A stretch of 64,000 nucleotides of DNA from Takakia lepidozioides (Eukaryota > Plantae > Bryophyta). The stretch lies in assembly GCA_030704615.1 (NCBI GenBank), contig CM060733.1:74214001-74278000 (forward strand), read 5' to 3'. Positions 27,662 to 39,944 of this stretch are shown here, piece after piece (within the stretch, counting starts at the first letter, position 1; every line of letters starts with the position of its first letter). The translations under genes and the position numbers were made by a program. Under the pieces are notes generated by a model, which was not told the origin of the DNA, searched no databases, and saw nothing but the letters and a program-made list of their open reading frames with translations.

Positions 27662-27931
27662 CTCATCCGTGCTTCATCCAACGTTCATCCATAACACTTT
27701 TACATTCATCCCAAATCCATTCATCCGTGAATTTTTCATCGTCCATTCGTGCCACTTTCTCGTCATGGAGCCTGTCTGTCTTCGGTCTGATGGAGCGGAG
27801 ACTGCGTCTTTGCAGTGAAGTTGGCGTCCACGGAAATAGGCCCACTTGTTCCCACGGTTTTGGGGTCCAGCGCGAAATCTGCTCACGCTTTGACTCTGCT
27901 CACAGGTTCTGCTCACGGCTTTGCTGCCCTC
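27662..27931 (-). repeat. Element A right TIR and subterminal TTCATCC / TCTGCTCAC repeats
   Basis: Reverse complement of the left-end motifs; tctgctcac x3 just before the TSD. Confidence 0.8.
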
Positions 27932-28148
27932 ATCAGCCACGAGGGGAAAGATCTGAGGTACATCCCTGGATTAAAGATTTGACAGAAATCTTTTATCAGA
28001 GTTGGCATAGAACACCAAAAGCAGGAACTCCAGTTTCTGAATTACAAGACAAAGAAGGAGAGGAAGATATGGCAGAGCCAACGGAAAGTTCAGACTCTCC
28101 AACACCACTGCAGTTGAGTTATATGAGTGAGGAAGACAAGAGAAGAAC

Positions 28149-29369
28149 TTGGAAGATGAAAACAGAGAGAATAATTTGGAAGATGAAGAGTATGAAGAAG
28201 TAGACCCAATAGTTGAGGTTGATACTACAACCAGGACGTCCCAACCTGTTGGACCTGGATCAAGTGGAGCACTTGGATCACAGGCCAACAAAGGTGTCGG
28301 CTCAGGGGGATCAGGCGGGCAGCTTGGATCTGGCTCTAGGGGGACAGGGAGTGTGGGAAGTAGTGCAACTAGAGCTGGGGATACTGTAAGTACAGAGGGG
28401 CCAGTAGCAAGGAGTGCTCAGGGGCCAACACCTGGTGGGAGTTCCACCACTACAACAGCAGGTCCTCAAGGACCAGCACCAACAGGAGGACCAACACCTA
28501 TTAGTGGGCAGGGTGTAGGGCCACAGATGGTGGTACCTCCAACACGAGCAAAACCACCTTTTCCAATATATGCAGGAAAAGGGGATCCCGATGTACACAT
28601 TAGCCAATTTGAGCACATGTGTATTGTGAACAATGAGAATAGCGATGATGCCAAGATGAGACTGTTTCCTTGTTCACTTATCAAGAAAGTAAGTGAATGG
28701 TATGCAAGGTTTCATAATAATCATTTCCTAACCTGGAATGGCCTTAGTACAGCATTCCAAAACAGGTTCAGGACAAGCAAAACTGAGGATGAAGTGTATG
28801 GGAGTTTACAACAGTTAAGGCAAAAGAAGCATGAAACTGTTGAAGAATATATGGAGAAGATGGAGTTGATGATGAAAAAGTTGGCTGCTGTACCGGCACC
28901 AGGATTACAGAAGACTTGGTTTGTGAGTGGACTAAGACCTGAATTACAAAAGAAAGTGGATATGCTACCCCATAATACAGTGGAAAAGGCATTTGAAACA
29001 GCCAACATAATTAAGCAATTGGGAATGCTCAGGAGAGATAAAAGGGATGATGAGGACTCTGAAGATGAGTCAGATGAGGAAGAAGAGCAAGAGCTCAAGA
29101 GGAAGAGTAAGAAGAAGGAAAAGTTGAAGAGGGATAACTATGAGAAAAGACTGGAAGAAATCTTGAAAAAGTATGCCACAGAGGCTGTAACACATTGGAG
29201 GAAGGGTGTTTGGTGTGCAAAATACCAGAATGAAGGCCATACCACAGCTGAATGCCACATGAAGGAGAAACACTATACTATCTGTAAAATGGATAATCAT
29301 TCTACTGAGAATTGTTATTACAACAGAAGGACAGCTGCAAGAGAACCTAAGCAAGTGAGGGTGCATTAA
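28149..29369 (+). pseudogene. Retrotransposon gag (capsid-like), with a degenerate zinc knuckle
   Basis: PFPIYAGKGDPDVHISQFE, RLFPCSL...W, TW..L..AF..RF, LRQKKHETVEEY, WFVSGL. Confidence 0.85.
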
Positions 29370-29438
29370 GTACAGCCCCAGCCAAGAAGAAACAATGATC
29401 CGGACCACTATGGTAGGCCTGGTGGATATAACAATGGT

Positions 29439-30476
29439 ATGGCGGGGAGAGGTAATCCAAGAGGGAATTACCAAGGCAATCCCAGAGGCAACTATCAGGG
29501 TAATCCAAGGGGGAATTACCAGCTAGGGAATCAGGATTATAGAAATAATCTCAGAATAGACCAAGGGAGAGGACCCAATGGTGAAGAATTGTGTTACTAT
29601 TGTAACCAGGCAGGACATCGCAAAGCAGCCTGTACATTCTGGATCAGGCACCAGAATGAGATGAGAGCTCCTGTGAATGAAGGCCCAGTAGTGGCAGCTC
29701 ACATGGTTAGGCCATGTTTCGTACCAGAAGTAAGTACAATGATAGTTACCAGAAGCAAAGCTAAACTAATACCTCCAGTGGATGAGGAGGAAGATGTTAA
29801 TGAAGATGGCAGTGATGTGCCTGAAGATGATGAGGCTTGGAGAGATGAGAAGGAACTGCGCAAGGAAGTGGCTGATACCATAAGGGAAATACAGAAGGAT
29901 ACTGATATCCCTATGGCAGATTCTTCTGACTCTGAAAGAGAAGATGAAGAAGGTGAAGAGAAAGTGAAGCAGGAGGCTTCACAAGTGCAGGATAATGAAG
30001 GGACTTTGGCTGAAGTAATATGCCAGTCCAAAACTGAGATTACCATTGGACAGCTATTGGCTGTGGGACCTCACTGTAGGCACAGGTTGTATCAAGCAAT
30101 CAATCAGATTGCTTATGTGACAGAGAACACAGACCTGAACAGCAAGGTGACAAGTTATAATGTGAAGCCTGAAGGGTGGAAAATAGTCATGGACTTTGAT
30201 GATTCTATGCCAGTAATCCAATTGAGAATTGGACGCACAAACTTGACTGATGTACTGATAGATGGAGGCTCAGGAGGGAAAATTATGACAGACCAATTAA
30301 GGCAGAAGCTTGGTCTAAATAACATGAAACCAGCCCTATTCACAGTAACAATGACAGATCAAAGGAGTGTACAACCATTAGGCTTGATAAGAGGAGTAAA
30401 GATACAGATCCAGAAGATGATCTTTAAGATCACAGTGACTGTGTTGAAAATGGATGATGTCATGGAAGCTTACTAG
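29439..30476 (+). pseudogene. gag C-terminus (CCHC knuckle) and aspartic protease
   Basis: CYYCNQAGHRKAAC; GNPRGNYQ repeats; VLIDGGSG protease motif. No RT follows. Confidence 0.8.
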
Positions 30477-31020
30477 GCCAGGGTATTCCACGACTGGAAT
30501 TCTCAGTTACTGACTGTGCATGATGGGAAGCACAAGATACAGGTTACCACTAAGAAATCTAGTAGGCTACCTGCTACCAGAAGACCTCGTGGAGTCAGAG
30601 AGTATGACTCGAGGGGAGGACTTGATGGGGAGCAGGAAACTACCCTGTTTTTTCTACGTCTTTAATCGTAATTGCCTTCCAAGTCTTTGTTTATTACTAT
30701 TTTCTACATGCCTGGACTCCTAACACGCTTATAGCCGGGACAAACCTTCAAATCCCTTTACCAAACGAATCCCGAGCCCAGGGAAACGGGGGATCATCTA
30801 TATCCCGTCCAATGCCCCCCCCCCCCCCCCGAAATCCCGAGGTGGATTAGTGTCCTACCTCCTAGGAAGGGACCGGATCCGCTTTCCCAAGTCAGTCTCT
30901 CCTGCTTAGAGCGATCCAAAATTCAACCTCAATGGTCAGTCCATCGGGTGAATGATAACAATTCAAACCTCTAGGTGATTCCCGAGATCTAATAAAACAA
31001 TGGCCGTTCTTTGGCCCAAG

Positions 31021-31055
<35 letters not shown>

Positions 31056-33423
31056 TCCGCGGTCGGGTACTTGACTACAAATATCCTCGGCGGAAGGGGG
31101 CGATACCTCCCTTAAAACTTCCGTTTTTAAGTTAAGGGGGCCCAGATAAAATCCCTTAATAAAGGCGAATTACCCTGCTGAATAATAATGAACAAATCAT
31201 TAAAACCTTCCTACAAATGCATGAAATTCGTAGAAATAGAGAATCATCGTGGGATGATGGAGCTAACTAAATTCCCCTCAAGGTACCAGGGGAACATCCC
31301 GGGAACGCCATTTATGTCGGGAGCATTGGGGAACCGCTCTCCACTTGGGAGCGCCCCTAATTCCTATACCAAACCAATCAATAACGCATTAGCAACTTAA
31401 ACCATCACTGGGCCAAGATGAATGAAATCTGCCGCCCCTCAGTTTCTCATCTGATCGCCACCCTGGTGTGTAAACAATGATTAAACATTCAGTGGGTCCG
31501 AGGGTCCATTCCCTGCGCCTCTTCCACCTACTTCCAATATAATCTGATTAATTTATGCAAGCAACCAGCCTAGAACGAAGTTGGAACATGTCATCTTCTA
31601 CCTTGTGAAACCCCTACCAAGGATTCTCGCTCTTTTTGCCTGTGGCATCCACCCGTGAGCCGTGCTTTCACAAGCCCCGGAATACATATCAAACTGATGG
31701 CCTCACTGGGGCCTATCCAATGGTTTCAACCATTCATTATCCTTTGCTAAAACACGCCCTCACTCACATGCAAGAAGAACACCATGAATAGTGCACAAGA
31801 AATCAAAGGCATAGGGAGAAAACCCCCCTTAAAATACCCGTCCCAAGGACCAACAGTCCCTGGCAGGGTCCGTCGTAATATCCAGCGGTTAAAACCGATA
31901 CCCAGCAATCAGCTTGGACAAAGACAGATTGTTGGCAGCGTAACATATACCTTTCCAGGATTGGGGAGGGAGTGGGTGAATTTTGTGTAGAGACATTATA
32001 TTGTAATATGATGGAGTAGTGACTGCCTGTACCTCAGTAAGTGTGGGGTTCGCTCGTGGGTGGAGCCTTCATGCTGGGCAGAGACACGGGAGGGTTAGAG
32101 TAATGAAACGATATTGATGAGTTGGTATGTGACACTTTGTTATGAGACAGGGGTAAGCTGAGTAACATAGGGGATGTATCCCTAGCTACCAAGCAGTGGC
32201 AGGTAGTGAAAGAAGGGTAAGTAAGAATGTACGAGTGAAGAGTAGTGATGTGGGGTATTCTATTTCTGTATATAACAGACATGCATGTTCTGGCACTTCC
32301 AGTAAGCCAAGGGAATAGAGGGGAGGGGAGAGCAGCAGGCTTGTTCATTAAAGCCATGATGGGAGCAGAAATCCATAATAATTGGGGGGGTAGAAGCCAG
32401 GGATGCCTTGGCGTGAGCCTGGTCACGTGAGCGCGTGAGCGCAACTGCGCTCACGCCACATCACCTTGCGCAAATGCCACGTCACGGGGCTCAGTCCACG
32501 TCATCACACGTGAAGGCCGAGTCACCACGCGCCCAGAAAGAAGTGGAGTGTATTCCCGCGGATTGGCACCCTTTACCGCGGAAACAAGCTGGACGACATA
32601 ATAAAGGCATTGAATAAAGGATGGATGAATGTACAGTTGGATGATAAACAGATGGATGAATGTGAAAAATGTATGTAGATGGATGAATGACCGATGGATA
32701 AGAGTAAAATGGATGAATGTATAATGGATGTTGAGCAATGACAAAAATTCATGACAGGAAGATGCATGACCAAATCTTTTGACGAATGCACAAAGTATAT
32801 GAAATGAGTGTGGAAGGTTTGTGGGGTGGATTAAAGAGTACAGAGGATGAATGTACAATGGATGTTGTACAAAGGAAGCTTTCATGAATGGAGCACGCAT
32901 GAATACAGTGTAGATGAATGCACAATGGATATGAGAAGAGTCAGGAAGGTTTGTGAGATGGATTCATACATATAGCAATTTAAACGAAAGTTGATTCTGT
33001 GATTATTATTTGTTCTAAAGGAACAACTACGGTGGAGGAAGGGGATTCAACGTTTTCCAGATAATATGAAAATGAATATTAAAAGAATACAGTTCAGTCT
33101 GACTCAGAGTCAGTACAATGTATCCCCTCTTCCTCTGCATCTAAGTCTAAGTATTTTAGAACACCGGATCCACGCTGGATACACCTACGGCTGGCCACTA
33201 AAAAGTCAGGGGATAGGGACTCGGCCGCGTGAAGTGCCATTGCTTCGGCATAAACAGGGAGCAGAAAATTGGAAAGGGGGCTGTCGAAAACAGACTCGCC
33301 AGAAATGACTGTATCTCCTGAAGATCCACCGCTGCCTTTCCTGAAAGACAGCCTGAAAAAGTTATTACTGTAACTTTGATGTTATCGAGAAATTGAGTAT
33401 GACTCCCAAAGAGGGTTTAGCAC

Positions 33424-35296
33424 TTACTTACATGAAAAGTCGTTGTCGACCTGCTTATCTTCGGGATCGTCATCATTTCGAATTTGAATCCGATCAGTCT
33501 GTGTGCCGGAAGTGGAGCCAGACAAAAGGGGGAGGAGCACGGTGTTGTAGAGGTCAGAATCACCCTCCATGCCAAAAAGGCTTCTTCCGCCTGCCTTGCA
33601 TGCGTGGTAAGTTGCTCCTGCACCAGACAGGAGAACATGAACAGTTTGGAGGGGGGGATTTAAGCAGATGAAACTGTTGAAAGGAAACCAATTCGGAAGG
33701 GAAAAACGAACCTGTGGACACAGAAAGATCGACCACCCGTGCAGAGCGGTGGCTGCATGACTCCAGCAGTATTTGCATGAATGCTGGTGACTTTTCCTTT
33801 GCACCTCTCCAGGGAGTGCCATCTGGTCTCTTCAGAGTCTGACTGGACTGCATGAAGTTGTACAAAATGTCATCGACATGGGGTTCATAGGGGGGGTTGA
33901 CGAAACAACCCTGGTCAGAAATCTCAAAGCTGCGGATGGAGGATGGTGTCTTTGATGTGCGAATCCTCCGCAGGCAGATTGCCTCGAACATCCTCGTCTG
34001 GCAAAGATAGCAGGTTAGTGTGGTAAACACAATCTATAGTGGAAGTGTGTACATCGGCTATTCAGAACTCTGACACAAAAAATCATGAATCGTTGATGAT
34101 CGGTGTCGATCATAAAACATTCTACTACAGTGGAGCTGCAGAGAAAATTGAAACTCATGATCAAAGCACAAGCAGAAGGGAGATGGCATACCAGCTGACC
34201 AGGGAAGCCCCCTTTCACAAGGTAGAGGCTGTTCACACAATTCCATGTGCGCAAAACTTCAAACCCTGAAGACTTGAGGTATGATGCCAATGCCCGACGA
34301 CTATCATTGTCACATGACTGAAAAAGCAGAAGTGTCCCTGCATCAGAGAGGAAATTGTTACAGAACCCGAACACCCAACTCCAGTAGTTGTCCTCGAATT
34401 TGTTCCAGCCTGCCGTCTTGCCCTTTGGAAGAACTTCTGGCACAGCCTGGCCATCCGGGATGTCGAGAATGACAATGTCGGCCGCATAAGTTTTCTGCAC
34501 ACCGCACACGAAGGTGGGACCTGTGCTCACCTGCAACAGACATGTTTTTTATAAGAACGATGGCAAGAATGTTTTCAAAGAACGAGACTGAAATAGTGCC
34601 AACGAAACTTTCAGAGAAAAAGGAAAGAAACTGGAATTCTCACCAGATTGAGGAATGAGATTATATTGTCCCAGGTAGGGGATGGCACCCCAGTGTATCC
34701 TCTCTTTCGACTCTGCATCATCGAAAGCCAACCCTCATTAACAATTTTCATCTCTCCTGCTGAATCAGAACGGGAAGGGTGTGGCTTGGCATCGAACACG
34801 CACTGAAGAGTGCGGGTATATCTTCCAGCACTAAAGTCCTGCCCACTCTCCATCTCCTTTTCATTCTCCTTCCCCTTGTCCTTTTCCTTCTCTTTGGACT
34901 TGTCTTTGTCCTTTGGCTTTGCTGGTGAGATGGCTATGACATCAACAGCCTTGTCTTTTGGTTTGCGGCCCGCCTTCTTTCCCTTCTGCGGCGTTCCCTG
35001 AGCATCAGGCTCCTTGGCAGCCAAGGTTGCTATGTTTCGTTGATACTCTTCGTCAGTCAAAGGCGCCAGCATCTCAGCGTTATTGTTCAAGTATTTCATA
35101 TGCTGTTCTTGAAAGGTCGTGTGCTCAGGTGGGCAGTCAAGGTACCACCCACAGTCTCTGAAGTGAGAAGGACTCCAGTCCTTCAATATCCCTGCAGTAT
35201 ACATGGTTGGATCGTTTGCAGGGTCCGACTACATGTCCAGATAGTCGGGAATTCCGCTCAGGTGATTTCCTTCCATAAGCACATATTTCGTGTACC
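33424..35296 (-). pseudogene. Element B: DNA methyltransferase-like exons (paralog of 11180-13008); ParB part absent
   Basis: MYTAGILKDW..DCGWYLD; DIVILDIPDG; FLSDAGTLLLF; PWRGAKEKSPAFMQILLESCS..RVVDLSVSTG; GATYHACKAGGRSLFGMEGD. Confidence 0.75.
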
Positions 35297-35435
35297 TGAA
35301 AAAAGAGATAAATCCCAACCCACAAAAGCGCTCAGTGAGTAAGATGCAAGTAGAACAGAAAGAATAAAACATGGATTGAAATGGCTATGACAACTGCTCC
35401 AAGGACCTTTCAGGACCACACTACAGCTCCAGATA

Positions 35436-36160
35436 TGAATGTCGTCAACGCCATTCAGAACATTCCATTCCATGACACTGTAAATACATCCTAATCCAGG
35501 TGAATGCAATTAATCGTTTAGAAATGACACAGACATAGAAGTGAATGTCGTCAACGACATTAAGGAATGAAGCCAAATTATTACTTAAATGAAGCAAAAT
35601 CACAGGATGGAAATAAAAAAATTGAGTAAGGAACCCTCCAGGAAAACTCAATGCACATTCATAACGAACCTATCACTGAGGACCTCACAACATCACTGTA
35701 TGTGAATGGCATCAACGCCATTCACAAAAATACAAAAAAGAAACCAATTACTTAGCTCCCCAATCCATGTAAATTGAATTTGTCGCTGTTGAATAATACA
35801 GACACAGCTGTGAATGTCGTCAACGACATTCACTTTGGATTTCTTAAAACAGAGCTTATCAAGCCTCCACATTCATCGCAAGAGGCAAAAACAATGCAGA
35901 ACAACTGAATGTCTGCATTGACATTCAGCAAAATGAAGTGAGGAACCCTCACTGTAACCTCTATGGACATTACAAAAATTTAAATAACCTTGAGGACCTC
36001 TCAACAACTCCGTATGTGAATGTCGTCAATGCCATTCAAGGACATTATCAATTCTAATCAGGGACAATATAATTGCACCCTTAGATCCTAACCAGGTGAA
36101 TTCATATACTCGCTTAAGAATGACTTAGACAAAGAAGTGAATGTCGTCAACGACATTCAA
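35436..36160. repeat. 7 dispersed palindromes GTGAATGTCGTCAACGACATTCAC (A-type core)
   Basis: At about 35436, 35541, 35702, 35810, 35906, 36016 and 36137; share the TGTCGT-CA-ACGACA core with the A array. Confidence 0.85.
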
Positions 36161-36265
36161 TCTGGATCTAAGATTGCAATCCATATGAAGCCACATTTTT
36201 TCCCAAAAAAACAGTAGAGTTTCAAGTATGACATTGCACCTGTACACAACTCGCATCATGGCCCA

Positions 36266-37978
36266 CTGCCGCATTTCCGTTCCGGCGGTTCACGATTTTC
36301 AGTCTGAACGGAAATGCGGTACCCCATTTCAGTTCCGGTGGTTCACGATTTTCAGTCTGAACGGAAATGCGGTACCGCATTTCCGTTCTGGAGAGTATGA
36401 AGGTCTCCCCTGGACGAAAATTCGGTGCCGCATTTCCGTCCCACACCTCCATGCCTGAGATACAAAACGGAAATGTGGCGCCGCATTTCCATTCTGGAAT
36501 GTCAGAAGGTGCGACTTGGACGGAAATGCGGTGCCGCATTTCAGTTCCGGTGGTTCACGATTTTCAGTCAGAACAGAAATGCGGTACCGCATTTCCCTTC
36601 TGGAGAGTATGAAGGTCTCCCCCGGACGGAAATGCAGAGCCGCATTTCCGTCCAATTGCTCTATGCCTGAGATAGAAAACGGAAATGCGGCGCCGCATAT
36701 CCGTTCTGGAATGTCGGAAGGTGGGACTTGGACGGATATGCGGTGCCGCATTTCAGTTTCGGTGGTTCACGATTTTCGCTGTGGGACGGAAATGCAGTAC
36801 CCTATTTCCGTTCTGGAGAGTATGAAGGTCTCCCCCGGACGGAAATGCGGTGCAGCATTTCCCTCCCACAGCTCCATGCCACAGATAGAAAACGGAAATG
36901 TGGTGCCACATTTCAGTTCCAGTGGTTCATGATTTTCAATTAGAACGGAAATGCGGTACCGCATTTCCGTTCCATCTTCACATACCTTAGTTGTTGAACG
37001 GAAATGCCGTGCCGCATTTACGTTCTGGAGAGTATGAAGGTCTCACCCGGACAGAAATGCGGTGTCGCATTTCCCTCCCACAACTCCATGCCTGAGATAC
37101 GAAACGGAAATGGGGCGCCGAATTTCTGTTGTGGAATGTCGAAAGGTGCGACTCGGACGGAAATGTTGTGCCGCATTTCAGTTCCCGTGGTTCATGATTT
37201 TCAATCAGAACGGAAATGTGGTACCGCATTTCCGTTCCACCTTCACATACCTTAGTTGTTGAACGGAATTGTCGTGCCGCATTTCCGTCCCACAGCTCCA
37301 TGCCTGAGATACAAAACGGAAATGCGGCGCCTCATTTCCGTTTTGGAATGTCGGAAGGTGCGACTCGGACGGAAATGCTGTGCCGCATTTCAGTTCCAGT
37401 GGTTCATGATTTTCAATCAGAACGGAAAAGCGGTACCGCATTTCCGTTCTACTGTCACATACCGTACTTGTTGGACGGAAATGCGTCACCGCATTTCCGT
37501 TCTGGAGAGTATAAAGGTTTCCCCCGGACGGAAATGCGGTGCCGCATTTCCATCGCAATGGTGCATGACTAAGATGCAAAACGGAAATGCGGCGCCGTAT
37601 TTCCGTCCAGCAGCAATCGAAAGTAGCACACCGGACGGAAATGCGGAACCTGATTTCCGTCCACTAGATTCCATTGAAATAGACCGGACGGAAATTCGGC
37701 ACCGCATTTCCGTTCCTGCCTATCCAAAGTGTCCTAGTCAATGACAATGTGCTATCGCTATTATTTTCTACCGTGTGTTCCTAGTCTCGTTGGACCTAAA
37801 TGCGATACCGCATTTCCGTTCTACCATGGGTCTGCTTTTACAGTGGACTGAAATTTGATACCGCATTTCCGTTGCACCAGTATTTTGGTTTCCCTGTTGA
37901 CGGAAATGCGGTTCCGCATTTCTGATCACAATCAACGAGAGGATGATGTCGAACTGAGATGCGGGACCGCATTCCCAT
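36266..37978. repeat. CRISPR-like array: ~32 x 26-bp palindrome ACGGAAATGCGGTRCCGCATTTCCGT with 27-bp spacers (53-bp period)
   Basis: Repeat starts at 36308, 36361, 36414, 36467 ... 37900, 37953; the period is 53 bp (twice 54). Early spacers recur in 4-5 types; distal spacers are unique. Confidence 0.95.
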
Positions 37979-38429
37979 TCAGCCATGTGCAATGTGTTGC
38001 ATAGTTCCAAAATAACACAATTGCGGCCTGTCTTAATGAGCACAACTTGGTTGTCTAACCGTTTTAACTAACTGTCCTGGCTCTTGTCAGTGCGAACGTT
38101 CATGTCTACACCGCGAATACTAGTGGATCCACCCTCAGGAGAAACTGTCCGGAGTTGTTATTTCGTCGCCGAATCGGCCATCATTGTCATACTTAGTGGA
38201 TATGGAATCACACCTCTCACCTTCATGCATGTAGCTTGAAACAATACTTTTCACTTCAATGTGCAACTTCCAATCGTTGATGGACTCCGCAGATCCACTT
38301 AGATGGTGCCTGTGAGCCTTGGTCTGTCGCTATACTGAACCTCGCACTAGCCAACTTCGTGCGGTGTTCGATGGCTCCGAATTCCTACGCTATAGTTTGT
38401 TGTCCTCCGCAACTTGGGAGAGCCTGGAT

Positions 38430-39944
38430 CCCAAATGAGGGAGGACTTTGCAGAGTGACTGAAACTTACCTTTGTTCCAAATTCAAGCTCAAACCGGGCA
38501 CAATTTATTTGGAAGAAGAATGTTCCTGGACAGGTTGACGAGACCATTGTCGTGCTAGGTAACAACGGAGGTTGCGGAATCGAATGGCACGTACCCCCAT
38601 CAGACACCATCCTGTACCGAGCTGTGGGAATGCCCATTCCCTTTCCGAATCAGTCGCTGCCCACACCATCCACAAAGGAGTCGGGAAACCGACAGGCGGC
38701 CACTGCCAACAGAGAGGTATGCAACGATAATCATTCCCGACTTGGACCGTCAAGACCCTCCATAGCTTCTCGTGTGGACGTATTCGACATTTCCGACGAG
38801 GAAGATGAGTGCATTGAGGTCCCCATGTCCTCCACACGGTCGTTCAAATCCGACATGGACGTCTCTGCAGGTGCTACGCATGTACCCTCGAGCATAACTC
38901 CAACCCGGTCCATTGTGCAGCTCCTACGGCAACATCACCTCGATGGTTCTCGCTCCGAGCTGGCTGCTCTCGACTATGCCAAATTTCCAATCAGGAAGGT
39001 AACGTATCTGCCTCCCAAAGTCGATGGCAATGTCATCTTCGAGTTTCCACCTGTTACTTCCTCAAACAAAGCCTGAGGGATGTTAACAGACATGGATCGA
39101 AAGCATGACGGACACCCTTGGTGTGTGACGAAGACCAGTAGCACAAAAATTGCTGATGGTGTTCGTGTATGATATGTCCTCTGTGCGAGGAAGCTGAGGT
39201 GCCTCAATCCCGCCTGCTTCCACTTTCTCTCCAAAGGAGGGCGGAGAAACGAGACGGATTGGACTGGCACAACCCATCATCCATTCATTGTCTCCAGCCA
39301 AGCTCCTGCGGGTACTTTCAAGTGCGCACATTGCAAAGAACCACCGACGTGCATGTCCATGTGCAGAGCCAAGCAATATTACGTAATCCATTTGCTCCCG
39401 GACTTGACTAGAGCTTGCATACACGTTGGGGTCCACTGCCACCCCTTGGCGAGAGGCAACATGCGTGAGGCTGTGCAGGAAGCACACGACATCATAAAAG
39501 AGGAGGTGAAATTGAGCCCCAAAGCCAGACCAAAGCAGATTCAGCTGAAGGCAGCCCACAAGATTGCTCCTGGTAAAATCATGTCTGAAGATGGTTCAGA
39601 CCGAGTGCCCTTGAACAAAGAGGAGATGCTTGACCTGTTGGAGTCCGTCTCGCACGTTTGTAGTCCAAATATGCGGAATCACATTGTATATTGCAAGTAG
39701 GAGTTCGGCCGGGGGTCGGACATGCACTCAATCTTGCACCATTTCAGAATTACCCACCTGCAATTGCACCGACTTCCAGATCATGGCAAACAAGGGGGCA
39801 TCATACTGCCCTTGCAAGCATCTGTACTACGTGTACCTAAAGAGACTCCGGTGTAATTCCACAACTCATCACTTCATACACGCACCGGGGTTGAGCCCCC
39901 AAGAGGTGCACACTCTTCTGAATATGGATCCAGGGGACCAGTGA
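38430..39944 (+). pseudogene. Element B transposase remnant (C-lineage), DDE core deleted, SWIM retained
   Basis: Closely similar to 54598-58355 (DRKHDGHPWCVTKTS, MSEDGSDRVPL, LLESVSHVCSPN). Jumps from GRGSDMHS to TISELPTCNCTDF..PCKHLYY. Confidence 0.8.

Larger units (their letters stand above)
10380..27931. mobile_element. Element A: complete 17.55-kb Mutator/MULE-like DNA transposon carrying a ParB-DNA methyltransferase gene and palindrome arrays
   Basis: 9-bp TSD ATCAGCCAC at 10371-10379 and 27932-27940. Imperfect TIRs: GGGGATTGCTAAACCGTGAGCAGA (left) and GAGGGCAGCAAAGCCGTGAGCAGA (right, reverse complement), aligned without gaps. Inverted subterminal GGATGAA repeats; internal MULE-type transposase. 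Confidence 0.9.
9429..30620 (+). mobile_element. Truncated Ty3/gypsy-like retrotransposon (extra ORF + gag + zinc knuckle + protease), split by MULE-like element A
   Basis: The frame ending DLVQE*DQP at 10379 resumes as RGERSEVHP at 27941 once element A and one TSD are removed; gag and protease follow. LTRs were not identified. Confidence 0.7.

Noticed and set aside
30640-32390. Region with poly-C tracts and short ORFs
   Set aside because: No identifiable motif; probably decayed repeat sequence.
36266-37978. Bona fide CRISPR array
   Set aside because: No cas genes, eukaryotic context, and most spacers are repeated copies; recorded as a CRISPR-like repeat only.
36222-38043. Many overlapping ORFs (MRHRISV..., KCGAAFP...)
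   Set aside because: By-products of the palindromic repeat being open in several frames.
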